From positions 1 through 8,886 of the forward strand of contig NW_021828331.1 in the NCBI RefSeq assembly GCF_006345805.1: a DNA stretch of 8,886 nucleotides, given 5' to 3'. The notes beneath the pieces are model-generated. The model did not search any database, was not told the origin of the DNA, and worked only from the letters and a program-made list of their open reading frames with translations. Source of the stretch: Octopus sinensis. Lineage: Eukaryota. Position 1 is the first letter of the stretch; each line of letters opens with the position of its first letter. The translations under genes and the position numbers were made by a program. Below are positions 1-7,859 of this stretch, one piece after another.

Positions 1-405
1 CAGCACATGACCTTGCAGGTGAGGTGGGGACCTGTTATAATTTTCTTCTGGTCGAGTAACCATTCCGCTCAAAAGGTCCCTGAATAAGGGTTGTTTGAGG
101 ATGTTGAACGAACCACTCATGTTTCCAGAGGTGAATTATTCAAACCCCAAAGAATCTTTCTCATCACATGGCTATGATGCTCCCCCACTACTTCTGCTTG
201 TAATCAGAGATGCACAATTCATCAGCCGCAAAGGGACATGCTCAACTGGTTACGGTCAAACAACTGACAAACAAATCTGTGGTATTGAGCAGAATATTTG
301 CTGTAGCCCATCTTTTATACCAAGACAAAACAATGCACATAATAACACTTCCAATCAGTTAAGATCAGAAGCCATGAGAGTCACTGCCTGGTACTGCATC
401 AGGGC
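1..405 (-). mobile_element. (ATT)n-associated interspersed repeat, copy 1 (cut by window edge)
   Basis: Aligns colinearly by eye to 766-1168 with scattered substitutions and small indels, and ends at the same boundary (...GGTACTGCATCAGGGC) next to an (ATT)n array. Strand is inferred from the truncation pattern of copy 3. Confidence 0.75.
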
Positions 406-424
406 TATATTATTATTATTATTA

Positions 425-463
<39 letters not shown>

Positions 464-493
464 TATTATTATTAATATTATTATTACTACTAC

Positions 494-549
<56 letters not shown>

Positions 550-560
550 TATTATTATTA

Positions 561-592
<32 letters not shown>

Positions 593-609
593 TATTATAT
601 TATTATTAT
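406..609. repeat. Compound microsatellite (TAT)n-(TAC)n-(TAT)n
   Basis: Seen directly; the (TAC)n block is at about 485-549. Confidence 0.98.
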
Positions 610-1168
610 TGAGTGAGAGAAGCAGTGAATGTCATCAAAGTGACACTGGGGTAAAATATACGAAGCCCAATATACCCATCATGACTACCCGTCTGATAAG
701 GGTACACCAGGCACATGCATCACAACCATATGTGCACGACATGGTGATCTCATATCAAGATAAACAGCACATGACCTTGCAGGTGGGGCCCAGTTAGAAT
801 TTTCTTCTGGTCGAGTAAACCATCCCACTCAAAAGGTCCCTGAATAAGAGTTGTTTAAGAATTTTGAATGAAACACCCATGTTTCCAGAGGTGAATTACT
901 CAAACACCAAAGAATCCCTCTCAACATATGGCTATGATGCTCCCCCACTACTTCTGCTCGTGATCAGAGATGCACATATTGTCAGCCACTAAGGGACATG
1001 CTCACATTAATGAAAGGTCAAACAACTGACAAGCAAATCTGTGGTATTGAGCAGAATATTTGCTGTAGCCCATCTTTATTCTACAAGACAAAACAATGTA
1101 CATGATAACACTTCCAATCAGTTAAGATCAGAAGCCATGAGAGCCACTGCCTGGTACTGCATCAGGGC
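610..1168 (-). mobile_element. (ATT)n-associated interspersed repeat, copy 2 (apparently full unit, ~560 bp)
   Basis: Runs from TGAGTGAGAG (610) to CATCAGGGC (1168) with (ATT)n arrays on both sides. Homologous to 1-405 and 1834-1953. No recognisable coding capacity. Confidence 0.8.
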
Positions 1169-1212
1169 ATTATTATTATCATCATCATCACATTATTATA
1201 TTATTATTATTC

Positions 1213-1243
<31 letters not shown>

Positions 1244-1294
1244 GTTATTATTATTATTATATTATTATTATTATTATTATATATTATCATCATT
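1169..1294. repeat. Imperfect (ATT)n/(ATC)n microsatellite
   Basis: Seen directly. Confidence 0.97.
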
Positions 1295-1296
1295 GT

Positions 1297-1694
1297 GACG
1301 GTGAGCCGGCCGAATGATTAACGCACCGGGCAAAATGCTTTGCTGTATTTCGTCTGCCGCTACAATCTGAGTTCAATTTCGGGCGAGGTCTCCTTTGGTT
1401 TTCACCCTCTCCGAGTAGATAAATTCGGAACCTGTGAAACAATGGAGTCGATGTAATCGACTAGGCTCCTCCTCAAAAATTCTAAGCCTTGTGCTTTTAG
1501 TACAGAGGTCCCAAAATTTTTAGACCATCGACCCCTTCATGAAATACTTGACCCTTCATCGACCACCAAGCATGTACAAGAAAATAAATTATAATAACAA
1601 AGTGTAGATGTGCATTTATCGACCCCTTGAATAGTCCCATCGGTTCCCATGGGTCGATATCGACCACTTTGAACACCCCTGCTTTAGTAGAAAG
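1297..1694 (+). mobile_element. Diverged tRNA-derived SINE (family A: GGCGGTGAGCTGGCAGAA head), interrupted near its 3' end by a MITE
   Basis: Head GACGGTGAGCCGGCCGAA, B-box-like GAGTTCAATTTC, body motif GTCGATGTAATCGACT. The 3' end CCTTGTGCTTTTAGTA|GAAAG matches the copy at 2049-2259 (TTTGTGCCTTTATTAGAAA) once 1503-1689 is removed. Confidence 0.8.
1503..1681. mobile_element. hAT-type MITE (179 bp)
   Basis: Imperfect TIRs CAGAGGTCCCAAA (left) and CAGGGGTGTTCAAA (right, reverse complement), resembling hAT/Charlie CAGGGGT termini. 8-bp TSD TTTTAGTA (1495-1502) / CTTTAGTA (1682-1689). Repeated internal ATCGACC motifs. Confidence 0.8.
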
Positions 1695-1703
1695 CGAGCG
1701 GGG

Positions 1704-1746
1704 CCTCATATCAATGAGGAAGGGGCCGGTGCCCCGAAACGACATG
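1704..1746 (+). ncRNA. Degenerate hammerhead ribozyme-like motif (probably inactive)
   Basis: aUGAGGA (1714-1720) + A + stem II GGGGC-CGGU-GCCCC + GAAAC (1736-1740). Position 3 is A rather than C, and there is no intact NUH site or stem I. Confidence 0.4.
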
Positions 1747-1789
1747 TATTATTATTATTATCATTACTATTATTATTATTATTATTATA

Positions 1790-1833
<44 letters not shown>
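1747..1833. repeat. (ATT)n microsatellite
   Basis: Seen directly. Confidence 0.98.
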
Positions 1834-1834
<1 letters not shown>

Positions 1835-1953
1835 GAGTGAGAGAGCAGTGCATGCCATCAAAGTGACACTGGGGTAAAATATACGAAGCCCAGTATACCC
1901 ATCATGACTACCCATCTGATAAGGGTACACTAGGCACATGCATCACAACCATA
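1834..1953 (-). mobile_element. (ATT)n-associated interspersed repeat, copy 3 (truncated, 120 bp)
   Basis: Matches the first ~120 bp of 610-1168 (TGAGTGAGAGAGCAGTG...CATCACAACCATA), then homology stops abruptly. Confidence 0.85.
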
Positions 1954-2048
1954 CACTTGCTGGCTTCCGGTATGTGGAGATTTTGACTGGTGGCACTTGC
2001 ATGTGCAAATTGTTTGCAAGGCATTATTATTATTGTTGCTGTTGTTAA

Positions 2049-2259
2049 GGCGGCGAGCTTGCAGAATATTTTGCATGCAGGGCGAAAAGCTTAGCGGCAT
2101 TTCGTCCGTCTTTACGTTCTGAGTTCAAATTCTGCTGAGGTTGACTTTGCCCTTCAACTTTTCGTGGTCGATGAATCAGGTAGCAGTTGAGCACTGGGGT
2201 CGATGTAATCGACTATTCCCCTCTCCCAAACTTTTCGAGGTTTGTGCCTTTATTAGAAA
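2049..2259 (+). mobile_element. tRNA-derived SINE, family A
   Basis: GGCGGCGAGCTTGCAGAAT head, B-box-like GAGTTCAAATTC, body CTGGGGTCGATGTAATCGACT. Homologous to the copies at 1297, 2502 and 7096-7664. Confidence 0.88.
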
Positions 2260-2501
2260 TAATTATCGTCATGCAGCACGGAGTTTTGTCAGCGAACAGG
2301 TCCCGGTCTCAAAGCGACGAAAAATTTTGACAAATTAAATTTAAATGTTGAAGTGAATCTAACGGTTTTTGTGTTTCTTAAATAGCTTATAAACACCTTC
2401 CACGCTGCAATTGTTTTCGTTCCAGCACACTATCTCAGATCAGGTCACTGGCTATGCAAGTACATCTCCATAATTATTGTTATTATTTTTGATGTAAATT
2501 T

Positions 2502-2690
2502 GTAAGCTGGCAGAATTTATCCATCCTGCTCGCTGGACAAAGTGCTTAGCAGTATTTCGTCTATCTTTCACGTTCTGAGTTCAAATTCTGCCGAGATTAA
2601 CTTTACATTTCATCCTTTAGAGGTCGATGAAATATAAGTACCTGTTACGCACTGGGGTCGATGTAATCGACTTACACCCTCTCCAACAAT
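2502..2690 (+). mobile_element. tRNA-derived SINE, family A
   Basis: GTAAGCTGGCAGAAT head, GTATTTCGTC...TTCTGAGTTCAAATTCTGCCGAG, CACTGGGGTCGATGTAATCGACTT. Confidence 0.85.
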
Positions 2691-2767
2691 ATAAAAAGAA
2701 GGTCCGGAATTAATTTTCACGCATTCAAAAATGAATTCATCAAACGTTAGGCATTGATGCGGTGTTA

Positions 2768-2847
2768 TAGGCGCAGGCATGACGTGGTCGTGTGGTCAAG
2801 AAGCCAGCTTTGTCATCTCGTGTTTTCGGGTTCAATCCCACTTTGCG
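2768..2847 (+). mobile_element. SINE family B 5' head only (A box and B box)
   Basis: TAGGCGCAGG...GTGTGGTCAAGAAGC...GGGTTCAATCCCACT resembles the head of 4454-4913; similarity is lost after the B box. Confidence 0.65.
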
Positions 2848-3107
2848 CAAATATCTTTTAACAGAATCCGGGCCTTCTTTCTATATTGTTGTTGTGTTTG
2901 TTGTTATCGTGTTGTGGCTTGAACGGACGCGTTTTATATCTCTCCCCAACAGTTTGGAAACTTCGTGTTTTCGGGTTCAATCCCACTTTGCGCAAATATC
3001 TTTTAACAGAATCCGGGCCTTCTGTCTATATTGTTGTTGTGTTTGTTGTTATCGTGTTTTGGCTTGAACGGACGTGTTTTATATCTCTCCCCAACAGTTT
3101 GGAAACT
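2818..3107 (+). repeat. Tandem duplication of a 145-bp unit (2818-2962, 2963-3107)
   Basis: Two near-identical units; I count 3 substitutions. Confidence 0.95.
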
Positions 3108-3257
3108 TACCAAGATTTCCTGGTTACGATCTGCCAGTAGAATCTCCTGAACGTCTAGCTTGATGCCTGTTACAGGATAATAAAGCAATATTTGGATTTC
3201 AGGCATTTTTTTACTTCCAGCCATTCTTTTTCTTGTTTTTACGATATTTATATTATA

Positions 3258-3696
3258 CTAGCAGCATAGCCCGGCATTGCCCGGGTATGTAAGAGCCCCT
3301 AGTAGGCAACGACTAATCCCAATCTAGTCCTTTCCCTCTTGGGAACGAAGGCGCATGTGCAGGTTGCAATATCTGCTCTTCACTCGAATACTTCTGTGTA
3401 TACGATGTTCCTAGCTGTCCCTTTGGGCGATAAAAAGGTCGAGTTGTGTCCCCTAGACAGAAAATGTGTTGCATATAAAAAGCTTAGATTCTCGACCCCA
3501 TGTCGAATTTATCGATTTTTTCAGAACTGGGGGAACTTTTCAAAATTTTCGCTGCGTTAGTTTTGAATTATGACATTGGGCTATGCGTGTGTCAAGTTTC
3601 ATCAGAATCGGTTGAAAGCCGTGGTCAGGGTGAGGGTACAACCTGACAGACACACAGACACACAGACAGACAAACTGCAGTTTATATAGAGAGAGA
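3258..3696 (-). mobile_element. Non-autonomous Helitron (439 bp)
   Basis: On the minus strand it starts A|TC (3696) and ends CTAG|T (3258). A GC-rich hairpin (GCCCGG 3269-3274 / CCGGGT 3281-3286) sits 7 nt before the CTAG. It has an internal (ACAG)/(AC) microsatellite and an AAGTTTCATCAGAATCGG motif typical of small Helitron-derived elements. Confidence 0.88.
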
Positions 3697-3780
3697 TTAT
3701 TATTTTTCACCCAGATGGATTCTTCTTCCTTTTAGAAGCCAAGCGGTGCTTCCAAGAAAGAATGCAACATTTTATACATT

Positions 3781-4380
3781 CTTTCTTTAATCTTTTACGT
3801 TTTATCTTTTTCTGTGGCCATACTGGGGCACTACCTTGAAAGGTTTTATTCGAACGATTTGATCCCAGGACTTATGTTTCTCGTGGGTCTGGCCCTTATT
3901 CTATCTGCCCCTTATGTCGAACCGAGAGGTTACTGGAGTTGGTAACGAAACAACAGCGTTTGTCAAGCTAGTGTCGGGGACAAACACAAAGACACCGAAG
4001 ATACACACACACACACACACACATGCGAACGGTTTCCATACATGGTCTAGTGGTTAGAGCAGCGGACTTGCGGTCGAGGCATCGCGGGTTCGAATCTCAG
4101 ACCGGGCGATGTGTGTGTTTATGAGCGAAACACTTAAGCTCCATGCGGCTCCGGCAGAAGATAATGGCGAACTTCTGATGACTCTTTCGCCACAACTTTC
4201 TCTCACTCTTTCCTCCTGCATCTTGCAGCTCACCTGCGACGGATTGACGTACAACCCAGGTGGGGAACCTATACACCAAGGAAACCGGGAAACCGGCCCT
4301 TATGAGCCAGGCATGGCTCGAGAAGGAACAAAAAGAAAAAAACAAAGAAAATACATTTTCCGTCTACCAAATTCACTCCC
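3781..4380 (-). mobile_element. Old SINE family B copy, split by the SINE at 4040-4350
   Basis: 3781-4030 is the reverse complement of a diverged family B 3' half, including the central (CA)n at 4003-4023. 4357-4378 (TTCCGTCTACCAAATTCACTC) is the reverse complement of the family's GAGTGGATTTGGTAGAC(A/G)GAA segment. Confidence 0.7.
4040..4350 (+). mobile_element. tRNA-derived SINE (family C head with a CCTGCGACGG-type tail and A-rich end)
   Basis: A box TGGTCTAGTGG (4043-4053), B box GGTTCGAATCT (4087-4097). The 5' ~170 bp is homologous to the head of 6037-6410. A terminal GAGCCA-GGCA-TGGCTC hairpin is followed by an A-rich tail. Confidence 0.85.
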
Positions 4381-4453
4381 AAATTCACTTCGGTAACATC
4401 TTTTAACCCAGCAAGTGTCGAAGTGCATCCCTTTGCAAAAAACGTTCGCATAC

Positions 4454-4655
4454 TAGGCGCAGGAGTGGCTGTGTGGTAAGTATAGGCGCAGGAATGGCTG
4501 TGTGGTAAGTAGCTTGCTAACCAACCACATGGTCCCGGGTTCAGTCCCACTGCGTGGCATCTCGGGCAAGTGTCTTCTGCTATAGCCTCGGGCCGACCAA
4601 TGCCTTGTGAGTGGATTTGGTAGACAGAAACTGAAAGAAGCCTGTCGTATATATG

Positions 4656-4692
<37 letters not shown>

Positions 4693-4913
4693 TTGTGTGT
4701 TTGTGTGTCTGTGTTTGTCCCCCTAGCATTGCCTGACAACCGATGCTGGTGTGTTTACGTCGCCGTCACTTAGCGGTTCGGCATAGAGACCGATAGAATA
4801 AGTACTGGGTTTACAAAGAATAAGTTCCGGGGTCGATTTGCTCGACTAAAGGGGGGTGCTCCAGCAAAGCCGCAGTCAAATGACTGAAACAAGTAAAAGA
4901 GTAAAAGAGTAAA
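4454..4913 (+). mobile_element. Full-length tRNA-derived SINE, family B, with duplicated 29-bp 5' end and central (TA)n(TG)n
   Basis: A-box head TAGGCGCAGGAGTGGCTGTGTGGTAAGTA present twice (4454-4482, 4483-4511), B box GGGTTCAGTCCC, CORE-like GGCATCTCGGGCAAGTGTCTT, central microsatellite at ~4648-4720 and a (GTAAAAGA)n tail. It resembles octopus SINEs from memory; exact family name not verified. Confidence 0.9.
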
Positions 4914-5589
4914 TGTGAGTAATACTGTGGGATCGATTGTTTACCCTTGTATGTCTTGGAATGATGTAAAAGAGTGTAGGGCTAGTCGATTTGAAATACT
5001 CCTTGGTTTTGCTGTGTGACGCGTAAAGGGGTCGTATTGAAGATGTCCGTCTTGTCGCCGATCGACTCGTTTCGACCTTACTGATCAAGTGAAGCTGACG
5101 GGTGACAGTATCATGAGAACATCCCATCGGCTGGGGCCAACTTTCAAGTGGGCTAGCACGGATCCTCCTAGACGAGCTCGCTGAATCGATGCTCATTGAA
5201 CGGAACAGGCCGGCTAAAATGTGAAGAATCTCCGAGGTCGAATTTCACATTCTTGAGATGAGAAAATAATTTTTGTGCAGGTTTTTCATTACAGTGCCTT
5301 CTCCGTCCACAGATCAAATATCTCGAGCGGCTTTAGCAATATTAAAACCTTGGTTGATATCGAAGAGAAGCAGGTTTCCAAAATATTCATTTCTTGTTTT
5401 CTTTTGGTTAACACCCTATCATTGTATGTGTGGCGTAAAATTCATTCAAATTTCAAAAACATTAATCTATGATTGTAGCGGAAGAACAGAGCGCCAAAAT
5501 TCTGAAAAACATTAGGATTTTTTTTCTATTAATTTAAATAACATTGGAAAGAAATGAAAGAATTTATTCGATAACCCATAACATTGCCC

Positions 5590-5906
5590 TGGATCTCCGT
5601 CTATTGTGACGACAAGTGTTCCAGCTGTTGCGACCAGCGAAACAGCCTGCTCGTAAAATTAATATACAAATGACCGAGCACTCTACAGACATGCGCAGTC
5701 CGGACGTAGTTCTCAGAGAGATTCAACGTGACACGGAATATGACAAGGCTATCCTTTGAATTACAGAAACAACTCATTTTTGCCAGCTGAGTGGAAGAAC
5801 GTAAATTAAGGGCCTTGCTCGAGGACTTGAGTTACCGCCTGGTGTTGAACTCACGAACAGCCGATCGTAAACCGAACACCCTAACCACTAAGCCATACGC
5901 TTTCAC
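5590..5906 (-). mobile_element. Diverged tRNA-derived SINE sharing its 3' module with 6037-6410
   Basis: Minus strand: A box TGGCTTAGTGG, B-box-like GAGTTCAACACC, CORE-like GTCCTCGAGCAAGGCCCTTAA. The + strand ACAGCCTGCTCGTAAAATTAA...GAGCACTCTACAGACA...CGTGACAC matches 6098-6190. Confidence 0.8.
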
Positions 5907-6036
5907 CTAGTACATTCAAACTCCAATAAAGTGGATTTTTACGAGCCCCCGGGTTTACGAATTTTATTTTATAATAAATATAAAATGGTTAAACAGCCAT
6001 TTTGTATGTAGCAAAGTCGCAACTTGTGACAACATT

Positions 6037-6410
6037 GGAATGGAAGCACTCCGTCGGTTACGACGTCGAGGGTTCCGGTTGATCCGAATCAACGGAACAG
6101 CCTACTCGTGAAATTAACGTGTAAGTGGCTGAGCACTCCACAGACACGAGTTCTCGGGGATATTCAGCGTGACACAGAGAGTGACAAGGCCGGCCCTTTG
6201 AAATACAGGTACAACAGAAACAGGAACTAAGAGTGAGAGAAAGTTGTGGTGAAAGAGTACAGCAGGGATCACCACCATCCCCTGCCGGAGCCTCGTGGAG
6301 CTTTAGGTGTTTTCGCTCAATAAACACTCACACGCCCGGTCTGGGAATCGAAACCGCGATCCTATGACCGCGAGTCCGCTGCCCTAACCACTGAGCCATT
6401 GCGCCTCCAC
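6037..6410 (-). mobile_element. Full-length tRNA-derived SINE (family C head), 12-bp TSD
   Basis: A box TGGCTCAGTGG (6398-6388), B box GGTTTCGATTCCC (6355-6343), (TTCCA)n-like tail. Perfect TSD TGTGACAACATT at 6025-6036 and 6411-6422. Confidence 0.92.
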
Positions 6411-7095
6411 TGTGACAACATTAGTACTGATGCGTTTACACAGCGATGGAGTAAAATGACAGTATAAAGTTTCATTGTTACTATGGGAAGCTTTTGCTCT
6501 GCTTTACGAGTAATCTCAGGGAACAGATTAACTCGTATATCGAGGCAATTGTCATCTGTGTATCATATTGATATATACATACACAGAAGACATGAATCTG
6601 GCGTTTTGTAAGATAACATTTCTTCATAGAATTGTGATGAAAGCAATATGTATCGGAACAGATGTAGCCTGCGTTTGAAGCACGTGTTAGAAAAAGCATA
6701 GCTGGGACCCTAACAGGGCTACATTTCCGAGTCAGAGTAGGCCTTGGAACAGTAATTGTTAAGGTTGCACTGTTCACCACCGGATGCATTTTAGAGATTT
6801 CCCAGGTGACTTGGTCAGCAAACCTTTTTCGACGGTGAATAATCGACGGCCAGACGAGCAGATAGTCACACCATCCCAAAGTAAGCATGCACGCGATCGG
6901 TGACCATGTTTCGACTTGTATTGCCACTGGAACACCGAACACGCACTTTACGCTTCAACAACGAATAACGACTACAGCTATGAGGTTCGCGCCCTCAGAC
7001 GCCCTTGCTTACCCAGTGGGGGATTTGTTAAGTTTGCAAGTCGGATTTTGAGGCCGTAGCAGAAATATTACTTTGTCCGCTGGAACGTTAGTACT

Positions 7096-7664
7096 ATTTC
7101 TTTACTACCCACAAGGGGCTAAAGATAGAGGGGACAAGCAAAAACACACAAACGGATTGAGTCGATTACATCAACCCCAGCGCGTAACTGGTACTTAATT
7201 TATCGACCCCGAAAGGATAAAAGGCAAAGTCGACCTCGGCGGAATTTGAACTCAAAACGTAACAACAGACGAAATACCTATTTCTTTACTACCCAGAAGG
7301 GGCTAAATACAGAGAGGACAAACAAGAACAGACATAGGTATTAAGTCGATTATATCGACCCCAGTGCGCAACTGGTACTTAATTTATCGACCCCGAAAGG
7401 ATGAAAGGCAAAGTCGACCTCTGCGGGATTGGAACACAGGACGTATCGGCAGACGAAATACCTATTTCTTTACTACCCACAAGGGGATAAACACAGAGAG
7501 GACAAGCAAAAACACACAAACGGATTGAGTCGATTACATCAACCCCAGTGCCTCACTGATACTTAATTTATCGACCCCGAAAGGATAAAAGGACGTATCG
7601 GCAGACGAAATACGGCTACGCATTTCGCCCGGCGTGCTAACGTTTCTGCCAGCTCACCGCCTTT
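7096..7664 (-). mobile_element. Trimeric family A SINE: one head plus three ~184-bp bodies, single 15-bp TSD
   Basis: Head at 7661-7614. Units start (on +) at 7094, 7278 and 7462, and the third has an internal deletion near 7592. TSD TGGAACGTTAGTACT (7081-7095) / TGGAGCGTTAGTACT (7665-7679). Confidence 0.9.
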
Positions 7665-7815
7665 TGGAGCGTTAGTACTGACCGTCAGATAGAGTGAACT
7701 TGTTGGTTGGAGCCTACTCAAGCCAACTCGGATGAATGCCAACGCAAGCACACGTTTAAGCAGCAATATGTGTCAGAGCAGCGACACTCGCATCGTGGTT
7801 GCTGTGACTCACAAG

Positions 7816-7859
7816 AACATCAGACACGTTTCACCTTTAGGAAGTTTGTCAATGCCGTG
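7816..7859 (-). ncRNA. Candidate minimal type I hammerhead ribozyme (HHR-3)
   Basis: Minus strand: cACGGCA-UUGACAA-ACUU ccuaa AGGU-GAA-AC gu GU-C|UGAUGUu. U3-A8 core, GUC site at 7823, stem III one substitution from the palindrome ACGCGU. Stem I is imperfect (one mismatch, one G-U) and stem II closes with A-U. Confidence 0.55.

Noticed and set aside
95-1939. ORFs with poly-I/Y/N/L tracts (95-475, 1041-1298, 1627-1836, 1706-1939)
   Set aside because: They stay open only because they read through (ATT)n arrays; homologous repeat copies do not preserve the frame.
2275-2470. Segment that feels like a common octopus DNA-transposon fragment
   Set aside because: Only a vague recollection; no TIR, TSD or second copy in the window.
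2792-3224. ORFs with internally repeated peptides
   Set aside because: A by-product of the 145-bp tandem duplication; no recognisable domain.
4043-4105. tRNA-like sequences with A and B boxes (also 6340-6410)
   Set aside because: They continue into SINE bodies, lack a clean acceptor stem and one has a TSD, so they are SINE heads rather than tRNA genes.
4174-4180. CTGATGA, a perfect hammerhead core
   Set aside because: No downstream stem II or GAAA; the homologous position in the 6037-6410 copy reads CTGCTGT, so this is chance.
4300-4325. CTTATGA-GCCA-GGCA-TGGC-TCGAGAA hammerhead-like hairpin
   Set aside because: Core and GAAA do not match; better explained as the SINE/LINE 3' recognition stem-loop.
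5050-5095. Minus-strand UUGAUCA-GUAAGGUC-GAAAC-GA-GUC
   Set aside because: It has a stem III and GUC site, but position 8 is C, stem II is barely formed and stem I does not pair at its base. It could be a very decayed relic but is not supportable.
5273-5515. Two overlapping short ORFs with candidate splice acceptors
   Set aside because: No recognisable product, a weak donor and AT-rich context.
6806-6880. Possible 75-bp phase-1 exon (CCCAG|...|GTAAG; GDLVSKPFSTVNNRRPDEQIVTPSQ)
   Set aside because: Weak polypyrimidine tract, unrecognised peptide and no neighbouring exons; it would need RNA-seq support.
6895-6935. Minus-strand GUCGAAAC-AUG-GUC
   Set aside because: No catalytic core or stem II partner upstream.
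7094-7613. Regular repeats as a CRISPR array or pure satellite
   Set aside because: Units are 184-bp SINE bodies with no unique spacers, in a eukaryotic context.
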